Shown: in pieces, positions 23,462 to 34,414 of the stretch
Layout of the letters: each line of letters begins with the position of its first letter
Numbering within the stretch: position 1 is the first letter of the stretch
Source of the DNA: Caecitellus pseudoparvulus
Taxonomy: Eukaryota > Protista > Bigyra: Bicosoecida
Length of the DNA: 64,000 nt
Reading direction: 5' to 3'
Assembly: GCA_965644315.1 (NCBI GenBank)
Contig: CBFFRQ010000032.1
Location: 620,001-684,000 of the forward strand
Position numbers and translations under genes: made by a program
Notes under the pieces: model-generated
What the model was told of the DNA's origin: nothing
What the model saw: only the letters and a program-made list of their open reading frames with translations
The model's database searches: none

Positions 23462-25369
23462 ATGGAAGAGGATCTTAGCTCTCTGCCCCGACTTGGACGC
23501 CGGCCCAGCACTGATGTGGCACGCCTTGCCTCTGGCGTTGGCCGGCCGCTGCAAGCACGTCGCGGGCGCTCAGGCCGCCGTGCTGCGCAACACTCCTCAG
23601 AGGGAATGAAGTCGCCTGTCAGCTCTGGATCAGGGCTTCTCTTTGCCCCTCTGCCGCGTGTTCCCAGCTACGGCTCCCGCCCAAGCAGCAAAGCCGCAGG
23701 CGCTCAAAGCAGCGGCGCGAAGAAGAAATGGGCCGCCAAGCGCAAGGGAAGTGGCGCAGCCAGGGAGTACTTTGATTTATTCTCCGGTGAGTCTCTGGGC
23801 GTATGGCCGCTGAGTGAGGCGATCAAGGCCCCCAGCGTGCCTGATGGCGCGGTGCTGCTGGCAGGGGGCGCCGCTGTGGGCAGTGGGCGGCAGCCAGCAG
23901 GAGAGCACCTGCCCGCGCCTTCACTGTTTCGAGTGAGCTCAGATGGCCGAGCGCGTGCCATGTCACCCAGGCGCGCAGGTGCGCCAGGGAGCCGTGCACG
24001 GGCAGGATCGGCTCACTCTGCAACCAGCTCTGGCAAGTTGCAACGCAGCGTGTCAGACCCTCGAGACGAACATTGGGCAGTGGATCCAGATCTTTGGCAT
24101 CAAGGAATAGGAGTGAACTACTCGAAGCAAGGCAAACGTGGGACGTTCATGCGGTTCCCACCCTTCCAGAGCGTTCCACACGCTGCCGACGCCGAGCGAC
24201 CATCAACCAGCGTGAGGCTTCACGGCGCCTACGCTGTCGTCAGCACGATGCATGATCGAATGAGCATCGAATCGGCGCTGAAGGATGGTGTTACATTTCC
24301 CACTGATGCAGCCCTGAAAGCTGCGATGCAGGCTGCAGCCGAGCCGCCTTGCGCTGCCGACGACCCCAAGTGGCGGTCATGCCCAGCTTGGTTTGCTGGC
24401 GCGCAGAACAAACTCGTGCTCACCAAGGCTGCTCCGTCGGCCAAACCCAAGGCACCGCAACGAGACGACCACAGGCCAACGTTGAAGGATGCGCAGCGCT
24501 TTGAGGATGCCATGATTGCGGTGCACGAGTTGTTGCTAGCGGAGGCAGATGAGGGCGGTGGCCCCGGCACCATCCTGCACGACCCCAACGCAGGCGGTGC
24601 CAGTGAAAACAGTGAAGCTCTCAGCGCATTCATGCTGGAGCATTCGTACGGGGCATCCTTTGCCCGGAGCGAGACCAGCGTCAAGTACCTCGGCCAATCA
24701 TCTATTGTGGACTTTGTCTGTCGATTTGAGACCCACCGTGTGGGGGTTTCTGTGACAAGGGCCATGAAGTGGGCCGGCGGCAGGCCCCAACCAGCGCTCT
24801 TTACCTCAAACGATGCCTTAGTGCTGCTGAACAAAAAGCTACGGGGCTTGCGCATGGCATCGGAGGCAGTGCAGTACGAACATGCCTGGAGCCGCCGCAT
24901 CTTGCACATTTGGGCAGATACACAGCATATCGCGGATGTCATCTTTGCTGTTCTGCAGCACTCCATCGCAGCAACGATTGCAGAGCGTGGTGCGGCACAT
25001 CTGCTGCCTGGCCCAGCAGCCACATCTCTGGCAAGCAGCGCAAGGGACCCCACGACTGCCGCGCGTCTCGGAGGCCCCACATCCACCGCTGGGCCTGAAT
25101 CAGACCACAGCGCATCCCATAAACACAGAAAATGCGTCCATGGGACTGCCCCTGGCGCCAAGGGTCGAGCTTCAAGGCCGCCCCCGCGCCACCGAGCCGA
25201 CATCCCGTGTTGGGGCCCCCACCTGGACGCCGCGCTGCTGAAGGACACCTTCGTGCTCGTATCTACCTGCCTCCCGCGGTCTGTCTTGTACAGTGTTGTG
25301 TTCGGCAACAGCGGTTCCTGGGACCCGCTCGATCACCTGCCGAGCGCCACGCCAGCTCGGCGCACGTGA
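23462..25369 (+). CDS. Protein with an AAC4-like conserved domain (putative restriction-endonuclease-fold) and a disordered N-terminus
   Basis: PNAGGASENSEALS…SETSVKY…IVDF…VGVSVTRAM…LLNKKLRGL…WSRRILHIW matches my recollection of 'AAC-rich mRNA clone AAC4'-like proteins. Confidence 0.65.
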   Translation: MEEDLSSLPRLGRRPSTDVARLASGVGRPLQARRGRSGRRAAQHSSEGMKSPVSSGSGLLFAPLPRVPSYGSRPSSKAAGAQSSGAKKKWAAKRKGSGAAREYFDLFSGESLGVWPLSEAIKAPSVPDGAVLLAGGAAVGSGRQPAGEHLPAPSLFRVSSDGRARAMSPRRAGAPGSRARAGSAHSATSSGKLQRSVSDPRDEHWAVDPDLWHQGIGVNYSKQGKRGTFMRFPPFQSVPHAADAERPSTSVRLHGAYAVVSTMHDRMSIESALKDGVTFPTDAALKAAMQAAAEPPCAADDPKWRSCPAWFAGAQNKLVLTKAAPSAKPKAPQRDDHRPTLKDAQRFEDAMIAVHELLLAEADEGGGPGTILHDPNAGGASENSEALSAFMLEHSYGASFARSETSVKYLGQSSIVDFVCRFETHRVGVSVTRAMKWAGGRPQPALFTSNDALVLLNKKLRGLRMASEAVQYEHAWSRRILHIWADTQHIADVIFAVLQHSIAATIAERGAAHLLPGPAATSLASSARDPTTAARLGGPTSTAGPESDHSASHKHRKCVHGTAPGAKGRASRPPPRHRADIPCWGPHLDAALLKDTFVLVSTCLPRSVLYSVVFGNSGSWDPLDHLPSATPARRT

Positions 25370-25430
25370 CCCGCGAGCAGGCCGAGAGCACGGCACACAT
25401 CGCGCAGGCACCAGGCCGCATGTCCCACGA

Positions 25431-26831
25431 TTACTTGCGTCGCCTGCGGACGACGCGCTTCTTGCCTGTCGCGACGCGGGCACGGGAGTGGCTCACCGCT
25501 CGGCGTGGCGTGCCTCGTCCCTTCTTTGGTCTGCGAACTCGCCCTTGGCTGGCAGCTCTCGTCTTCGTCTTCTTCCCAAACCACCAGCCCGCTGTCCCAC
25601 TTGCTGCACCAGACCCTCTTCGCTGAACTCGTAGAAGGACCATGGCCTTGTGCCTCGCCCACCCAGGCTTCGGCATTAGCTTCTTTGCATATTTGGCCTT
25701 GAGCTTGTGTGGCACAATCGCAGCCACCTGACTGGAGGGTTCATACTCCTTACACTGAAAGTACACCTCTGCAACATCAAATTGGCGCATTTCCAAGGCG
25801 TGGATCACCACAGCGTGCCCTTCGTCGGATGGCCGCGGCCAGTTGCTGCCTTTTTGTTGAAGGAGAAACTTCGCAAACTGTGGGCCATTCCTCGCAAAAG
25901 CACAAGCGTACAGCAGCGAGTTCTTGGTTTGGCAATCCAACCGGTCCTTTTCCGAAGGCCAAGCCAAGCACACAGTCGCCGCGTACTGGCTGAACAGGTC
26001 TTTGAACCTTGGGAAGTCACCCTCCCGCAAGTACATGCGAGCTGTCCTGTACAGAATTTCCTGCCGGTGCTCGGCCATGCAGGGCATATCGGCCAGCAAA
26101 TGCATCGCCGTGTAAGGGTTGACAGACAATCGGCTCCTCCAAACTGATTGGGCGATCTCTGGCGTGCACTCCTCGGGGCGCAACTCCATCATGGTCCGGG
26201 CGGCATCCTCCTTGCCCCGACACAGAGCAAAGGAGAAGGCGCCACCATCATGCGTCTCCAAGCAGCGGCGCAATGTCAACCTTCGCCTGCCCTTCAGGGA
26301 CAGCAGCTGCCGAATCACTGCGCTGTGGTTGCCTCGCACCGCTCTTGCCAGCGCTTCGGCATGGCCAGTGAACCCAGGCCAAGCTGCATCAACTTCTTGA
26401 GCGCCCTTTAGCCCCAGCAGCTGCTTGGTATTGGCCTCATCTCCCCGTTCGCAGGCCAGTATGAGGGCTTGCGCACGGACTTCCGGGGGTGCAGCCCCCG
26501 AAGCAGCCGATGTGATACTGAGGATAAACTTGACCACGGGCGCATGTCCACCCCAACAAGCCCATATCAGTGGGTGCATGCCATTGTGAAGGCCATCTCG
26601 GCGCCTGCAGCTCAGCAAGCTGCCATGGGGAGGGAGGAGGCTGCGTGGCCCCCACAGTTGGGACGTGCGCCCCGCTGAGCCAGCAGTGGGCGACTTCGCA
26701 AACGCAGCCCGAACCTTGTCGAGCTCGCCACGATAGGCTGCAGCACACAAGTCGGCATCACGCCCTCTGGCCACCCATGCAGGCTCCACAAGAGTGGAAG
26801 GGCATGAAGAATGAGGATCTGCAGCTGCCAT
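25431..26831 (-). CDS. Ankyrin-repeat protein
   Basis: Ankyrin-like units LCAAAYRGELDKVR, HPLIWACWGGHAPVVKFIL, ALILACERGDEANTKQLL, ALARAVRGNHSAVIRQLL and AFSFALCRGKEDAARTMM. Confidence 0.8.
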   Translation of the reverse strand: MAAADPHSSCPSTLVEPAWVARGRDADLCAAAYRGELDKVRAAFAKSPTAGSAGRTSQLWGPRSLLPPHGSLLSCRRRDGLHNGMHPLIWACWGGHAPVVKFILSITSAASGAAPPEVRAQALILACERGDEANTKQLLGLKGAQEVDAAWPGFTGHAEALARAVRGNHSAVIRQLLSLKGRRRLTLRRCLETHDGGAFSFALCRGKEDAARTMMELRPEECTPEIAQSVWRSRLSVNPYTAMHLLADMPCMAEHRQEILYRTARMYLREGDFPRFKDLFSQYAATVCLAWPSEKDRLDCQTKNSLLYACAFARNGPQFAKFLLQQKGSNWPRPSDEGHAVVIHALEMRQFDVAEVYFQCKEYEPSSQVAAIVPHKLKAKYAKKLMPKPGWARHKAMVLLRVQRRGSGAASGTAGWWFGKKTKTRAASQGRVRRPKKGRGTPRRAVSHSRARVATGKKRVVRRRRK

Positions 26832-27840
26832 ACTTAAAATTGATGGCAAGACGCACCGCTGCGGGTGCGCAAAGCCAGTGCAAGTGCCGTGTCTTCACCC
26901 ACGAAACTCTGCTGAAACGGGTCGACTGTTCGGAAGCAGTGCCGGTCAGGCTCGCCGAAGAGCCTCGTTGTTCACAGAGGCAAGTGTAGCATAGAAAACA
27001 TGATCTGTATATTCGATGTCCCTGAACAGGTTTGCCCAGCAGGATGTTCTGTTGATTCAACAAGGCATGGCCCCTAGCGCAAGTGACGGCGGCAGTTTCT
27101 CTGTGCCTTGATCAGTGCAAGGTGGCGCGGTCATGGCAGCGAGTTGGATAGTCACCAAAGAGCATAGAAGCTGCACAGATATCTGTCAGCCCGTGACACT
27201 ACTGTCCCGACGGACTGTTCATCGTGTCTGCTGTTGGCTAGCAAGCTGAGAGCCGATTTTGCTGGGCTAGTATGCTGGCTCAAATGCACCAGCCCCCCCG
27301 CTTTCTTGCCCCGCCATCATGCCCCGCTTGGATGTACAGGCATATCTGTTCAGGATATTCTGCAGCGCATGCTGCCCGCGGTGGCGGTACGGTGTGTGCC
27401 AGGAGCTTGCTCAGCTCCGACACAGTTCGCCAAAGCACACACACTTCGATTGCCGAAGAAGCAGGACAGTTTCCCGGAGGAACTTGCTCAGGCACACGGA
27501 CTTGCGAGGCGGTGCTTGCCAGGAACCGGCCAGGGTCCTCCTAGCCCTTGCCCAGGAGCAGCCTACTGCAGCCGATCGGCTTGCGCTTGGCACAGCCGGC
27601 CGTGCACCCGGCGCACTTGCTGATACAGGTCTTCAGAGAGTGGGGCGTGCCTTACCCTGCCATCAGCGACGTCTCCGTGCTCAGGTTCCGCTCGCTGTTC
27701 CGCCTGCGTGCCGGGCCTTTGCTGTCTCCCACTCGGAAGGCACAGCCAGACGCCAGCACTCGCTCGTTCCAACGCCCTCGCTTCCTGAGAGGGCAGCCAC
27801 ACAAGGCCATTTGTGCCCGCACACACATACCTACCTTAGC

Positions 27841-30800
27841 ATGGCTGAGACGGATCAGGGTCGTCGTGTCGGGGACTTCAGCGGCTGGATGGTCAAGTCT
27901 GCACCCAAGGTGAGCCAGTCGCACGCGACGATAGGTACACGCAACAGTACTGCAAGCCTCATTGCAGCAACGCCAGCGATCTAGAGCGCTGGCGCAAGTG
28001 ATTGGAGCGCTAGCGAAGCGTACCATATGACGCTCGTGGTAATGCTGACTCGAGGTTCCCTTCGCAGGAGTCTGACGCGGACAAAGTCGACACCCTGTAC
28101 AGGCGCATGGCGAAGGCTGCCAACTCCATGCTAGGCACGAGCGCTTTCAAACGCCGTTTCTTTGTCCTGCGCGACTCCGTGCTGGAATACTACCGGGATG
28201 AAACGATGAAAACGCAGTCCGGACGGATCGACTTGAACACAGGTGCGTGCGCGGCTGCAGCGACTGCAGTGGCATTGGCCGCTAACGCCCGACTTGTGTG
28301 ACCACCCCTCGCTCGCCTTGTTCGCAGTTATGGCTGTGGAGGCGAGCGAACCAGGCAAGGCTGGCGTGCCCCCCTTCGGCATGGAGCTTACCACTGATGC
28401 CCGTGTCTACATCGTCGCGCCTGAGTCGGAACCTCTGCAGAAGGAGTGGCTGGACCGGCTGCAGAGCGTGATCCTGACCAACGCCCGCCGAGGCATGCTG
28501 GCCCGGTCCCTGCGTGGGGAGGTCCTGCGCAGAGCCGCTGCAAACAAAGGCTCGTGGAACTCCTCCAACGTGTCCGTGCGTTCCGGCATCCTGGACTCCC
28601 TGCACTCGCCTGACAGCTCCCGGTCAGAAGCCCGCCTTGAGGGTCACGTCCGCCGGGCAATGCTGGCAGAGGCATCGGCGGCTCAGGGTGGTAAGCAGAA
28701 GCCCGGCAGCATCTCTGCAGCTCAGGACCTTATGGGGCAGTCCCTGGAGTCCACTCGGCGCACTCTGCTTGGGCAGCCTGTGCCTGCGCTCGCCCCTCAC
28801 TACGACGTCAGCGATGCGGCGACAGCTGAGCTGCTTGGCGAACTGGCAGTGGCAGCAGGCGACGAGACGGGAGGCGTCCCCCTCGTTGCGAAGAAGGGCA
28901 AGAAGCCCAAGAAGGCCAGCGGCCGGCGCGCTGCGGCGGAGGCTGGCATGGATGAGGACCCCTTCCAGCGGTCTGTGCGGCGAGCGAGCCTGGTGCACGC
29001 CTTGCCCACCCAGGCCTCCCTGTCACGCCGGCGACGGCCCCTGACGCGGTGGGAACACATCTCGGGCAATGTGCCGCGATGGGAACTGAGCTTGCTGTCC
29101 GACGCCCGCCTGCGCCACGTGCCAGCTTTCACGCCCTACTCATCCCTGCCTTCCTCTGCTCAGCACAGCATGTTGGGGGCGTTTGTTGGGAACGAGTACG
29201 CGCCTGGCTTTGGAACTGCTGCCAAGGGCATCAAGCGCATGGATGGCACGGATGGAGGGTTTGGTGGGGACTCGTGGGTGGAGGATTTGCTCCTGCAGCG
29301 GGGCATGTATGCGGGCGTGGGACTTTCGTCAGGCAAGGAAGGCGTGACGTCCCTGGACACCACAGCACTGCACGGAGACGATGACGACGAGGAGGAGGAT
29401 GAGGCGGCAAGTGCAGCCAGCCGTGGCGCTGGGCGGCGCCGCGCCGCACTCCTGCCAGGCGCTGCTGCTGCTGCCACCGCCGGTGCGAGGAAGGTGGGCG
29501 GGCCGCCCCCGCCTCCCAGTGTTCCACCCCCCCCACCAACCAGCACTGAGAAAGCGGGTGGGGGGCGAGGATCAGTGGCTTCATCACCCCCCAGCGGCGC
29601 CGCTGCTGACGAAGCTTCTCGGAAGGATTCGAGCGCAGGGGATGCCGCATCCGCTGCAGAGGAGGAGGCTGCCGAGGAACGCGTGCAAGATGCTGTGGCC
29701 AAGCTGGCTGCAGAGCTGCCCCTGCTGTATGTGGCCCAGCACACGCTGGAGCAAGTGGCGAAGCACAGCTCCACGGCGCCCATGTACGACGACACGGGTC
29801 TACTGCGTGGCTCCAGCTCCGAGTTGGACCGCATGGTGGCCATGACGGCGGAGGAGCGAACGCATTGGACGTCCATGATGATGCAGTGGCGACAGCTGTA
29901 CCACCGCGGGTCAGGCATACAGACCCACGCCCAACGTCTGAGAGGTGGGGACGGCACGCCCCGGCGGCGGTCCTCCTCTGGCAGTGTGTCGCTTGGCGAA
30001 GCAGCTGCAGGGGCCGGGCAGGCTGAGGGTGGCGAGCCGAAGCCTGTCGGCAGCGAGGCGCAAGGCACCTTCATCGTGCCACCACCTCGCCTCATGGACC
30101 TCTCCCTGCCGTCCATGTGGGACCGGCTGAAGGTGGCCCCGGCCAACGTCGTGCACGGCGCCGATGCGGCGCTGAGCGCCATGCCCAACGCAGCTGGCAC
30201 CGTGCCATCAGCTGGCGGCCGCAGTCGCCCCTCCGCCCGCCCCGGGCTGCCAGACGAGCCGCGGGGGTGGATTGGTCGCAACCGTGGATTGACACACTCA
30301 CTGTCCTCCCTCGACGCCCCTTTGCCAGAGCAGGCCGACTTCAACTTGGGGCGGGTGCGAGGCGTGCCTTCCGCAGCCAAACAGGTGGCGCTGGCCGCCG
30401 TGGCACCACTGGTCCCGGCTCTGCCCCAGGAAGTGCAGAGCGACGTCGCCTACGACATGGACATTCAGCCACCTGGCGTGTCGGAGCACTTCTTCCGCAC
30501 GCCTCACTCTGCCAGCGTCCCCCACAGCCTGCTCAGCACGCCTCACATCCACGTGGACCCCCTTGCCCCCTCTTCCCTGCCCTTCCCACGCCTGCAAGCA
30601 GAGGGCACAGCGCACGTCCCTGCCGCGCTTGGGCTGAGCGTCAAGAACTCGGCGAGGGCCAGCGCCACCGCCGGCCGCCGCGCATCATCCCAGAGCTTGG
30701 TCGGCGCAGGCAGCGGCGGCCGTGGGGGTGGCGGGGCAGGGGCCCCCGGGCGCCCCCCCAGCCTTGCCTCCAGCGCGTCGCTCGTGGCTGGCATTTGCTC

Positions 30801-33800
30801 AGACGGGTCCCAGGGAGCCTTCACGACGCCTCCGCTGGCACCCTCCCTCACCCAGCAAGCGTTTTCCGCGTCAGGCCTGCGGCACCTCAACTTCGTCACA
30901 CGAGCTGTGCGGGCAGGGGCGCTGTACCCTGACGACGCAGCGGCTGCCACTGACCTGGCCAGAAGAGACCACAGCGGCAGTGTGGACATCATGGACCGCT
31001 TGCTTTCCATGTTCAAGCTACACAACGTGCCCGCGGGCACCATGATCAAGGTGGCGGTGGCAGATATGTGGGGCATGGACACGCCCCAGTCCCCACAAAG
31101 CAAGGCGCCATCCAGCCACAAGGCCAGGGCACAAGGGGGCAAAGCCCGCCCGACGCCGCCACCCTCCACGGCCTCCAAGCCCGGCACACGTGGGGCGCTC
31201 CCGTCCCCTGGTGGGGACTTCCCCGTAGCCCTGCTGTCTCCCCAAGCCTATGCAGCGGTGGAGGCGGTGGGCATTTCACCCAACCTCTTCCCTCCCAGTG
31301 CCGCCCCCAGCACTCTGCACGCAGTTGGCACAGGTCTGGACCCCGCTGTGGCTGACGACCGTGTCTTCAGTCGCAGCATCGCCTCTGCAGAGGAGGGGGG
31401 GCCCTTCACTGCGCCTGGAGCACGGCGTGCGCAAGCGGTCTCGGCTGCCCAGCGACAACGGGCTGCCCGCAGCATGGCCTCTGAATGCGTCGCTGCAGTC
31501 ACGGCAGCAGCAGGCGTCACGGCCCATGCAGCCGTGAACAAGGCTACTGAGCTGGGGGGCTCCAGCATAGCCCCAGCCATTGTCATGAGCGCCGACAGCT
31601 TCTACATTCTCCTGCATGGCCGTGTGCGCTGCACGAGCACCATAGTGGACACTACTCACAACGTCTTCAAAGTGCCTGGCCAGCGGAACAGGCAGGCTGG
31701 CAAACGAGTCGGCTTTGAGCCAGAGGGGCATGCGCCCGCATCTGGCCGGAAGGTCGGGCGGAACGCGCCGGGCCTCGCGGCAGGTGTCAGCGCCCGCTCC
31801 GTTTTCGTGTCCTCGGATGCGCCAACGCGCAGCGCCTCACCGTCTCGTAGACCCTCTGCTGCCATTGGCTTAGGCCCTGGACCGCTCTTGCCGTCTCAGG
31901 GTGGAGGCGCCAGTCCCATGCGTTCGCCTACTGTGTCCACCATTGGGGCATCCCGCCTCCGTTCAGACTCCCGCATCACCTTGCTATCAAACGCCGCGCC
32001 CATCAAGCGCGACGCCTCATCCCTCGCCACGACGTCTACGCTACTCGCACCGAGGTCGCAGCGAGGCTCCCTGCGCCCGCTGCGCAATGCCCGGTCCTCC
32101 ATCGTCGCCCTTGGCCCCGAAGACGCCCGTGCCAAGGCACGTAAAGCCACCCTCGCCACTCTCATGAGTGGGAAGGGTGGCGGGCACCTCAAGCGCTCCA
32201 CCTCCTTCGCAGCCAGCACCAGCGCCCATGCCACCATGTTGCGCAGAGCGAGCGTGCTACTTGGCTCCACCGTGCTGGGCCCCGGGCGTAGCGTGTGGCC
32301 CGCACTGCCTTGGTGGCTGGGGCACCAGCAAAGTGACGTGGCGGGCGCCGAACTGTCTTCGCGTTACGAGGTCGCACCTCTGGATTCCTGGCGCACGCTG
32401 TTCCCCACGACCGACCTCCCGCCCTCCTCCCTCACCTCTGTATCCCCCGACACGACGGAAACTTTCAGCGCCCTGCCCGGCGCTGGCACTGCCAGCGGCA
32501 CATGGGGATCCTTCGCCATGCAGTGGGTGGACATCTCAGCCGACGCTGGACCAGTGGTGCTTGGGGGAGGCGGTATCCCCGGGCGTCTGCGCCCACCTGC
32601 CCGCGCTCTCAGCACTCTGCAGGCGCTGGGTCTGCGGGAGGCAGGGGACTCCACCGCGTCCACGCTGCGCCACCACTCCGTGGCGGCACAGGGAGTGGCC
32701 CAGGCAGTCAGTGCGGCCACGGACGACGGCAAGTCGGGTTTGTTCAGCGACGTCGCGTACCACCACAGCCCAGACAATGTGCCGGCTGGCATGTCCCGCG
32801 GCAAGGAAAGCGCACCACACACCACCATCGGCAGTGAAGTCATGGCCAGTCAGGCATGCTTCTTGCTGGAGCTGCCCAAGTCGCGGTTCCCCCTCCTGTC
32901 AGCGTGGTACCCACAGGCTGGTGTGGCGCTGCAGGAGATGGCATGGTGGGCACAGCGCCCACGGGCGATCGTCGGCTGTGTCCCCTGCCTTGCCGCCACG
33001 TTCACGGCCTGCACGCCGGACGGCTTTGCATACGTGGGCACAGCTGGCACTGCCCTGCAAGCCAGCATCGCGTCCCTGGTCAAGCCAGTGTTCGTGCCGC
33101 AAGGTGGCACTCTCTTCAAGCCTGGCGACGACGGGGACTGCGCCTACATCGTCATGCGTGGGGAGGTTGCACTGTCTGTGACGGCAGCCCTGTCAGGCAT
33201 GTCAGTCCTCCTCTGCGTCAAGACGCGAGGCACCTGCCTCGGGGAGGAGGCATTGGTGCTGCCTGGACCGCGCCTGACGCGCGCGACGGCCTTGTCAGAC
33301 ACACACCTCCTGCGCATCTCGCACGCCTCCCTGCGCAACGTGCTGGGCAGGTACCCCCGTGCGTGGGGCATGGTGCGGGACTTGGTCATGTGGCGCGAGG
33401 CCAGCACTCTCGTGCGACTGCCCATGCTAGCCACGCTGGCTGGAGGGGAGGGCGACGCAGAGCGCCTGGCCCCTCTCTCCGACTTGTTCCAGCTGGTAGT
33501 GCTGGATGCCTCCTCCACACCGGGTGCTCGGGACTACAAGGAGGACACACAGCCTTTTTCCTCCCTGCGACACGCACTGGATGAGTGGGTCACGGAGTTC
33601 GCTGACCCTGTTGAGAAGGCGGGAGGTGAGCCCATCGATCCCCTGGAGCACATGCGAGAGGAGGCGGAGCTGTCCCTGCCATCTGTCATCCCCCTCCGGA
33701 CACCTCTGCCCTGCCTCAGAGGGGAGGCGGTGCAGAGTCTCATGGTGGTAGCAGCTGGTGCCGTGGACATCTCCGGCTCAGCCGCACAGCTGTACAGCGG

Positions 33801-34377
33801 CCAGGGTACAGCGTCTGGGGGCGAGTGGCTTGGGGGCAGCACTTTGCTGCCACCCTCCAAGGTGGAACAGGCTTGGAACGATGGCTTGACTTTGTCAGCC
33901 AACGCCAGCGTGTCCATGTACACTCCGCTGCTCGTACTGCACAAAGACGTCATTGTGAACTTCAGCAAGACTCTGCCCTCTGGCAGCCGGCGCCTGGTGG
34001 CGTGGACCAAGCAGGTGGCGGAGAGCATGCGGGGCCCCATGCGTGATGGGCTGGAGAATCTGGGCAGGGCCTTGCCTCGGCCCACCACCTCTGCAGCTGC
34101 AGATGACCGCCGGGGTTCGGGGGGCGAGGACGGCGGGCCCAGTGGCCGCAAGCGCCCTCCCCCACCCCCCACGAAGGGTGGTGCTTCCGGCCCCAAGCGC
34201 GTGCCCAAGGCGCCAGAGCGCATGGACTCCAAGGCCATGTCAGCTGTGCGGGAGGAAGAGGAGCCCCCCAACAGCCCGCCATCCCCGGGCGTCTCCAATA
34301 CGGGTGTGAGCAAGCGCAGCAAGCGCCCCAGCCTGCTCATGTACGGGCAGGGGGGGTCATCCTCGCCCATTCTGTGA
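27841..34377 (+). CDS. Large protein with an N-terminal PH domain and C-terminal cyclic-nucleotide-binding domain(s) (introns 27910-28067, 28243-28327)
   Basis: Spliced PH domain: FSGWMVKS…FKRRFFVLRDSVLEYYRDE…GRIDLN…FGMELTTDARVYIVAPESEPLQKEWLDRLQ. CNB domain: LFKPGDDGDCAYIVMRGEV…CLGEEALVLPGPRLTRATALSDTHLLRI. The frame is open upstream to an ATG at 27319, so the start is uncertain. Confidence 0.8.
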
Positions 34378-34414
34378 CCCGGCCTGGCATGGGATTGTCA
34401 GGCCTGCAAGCCCC

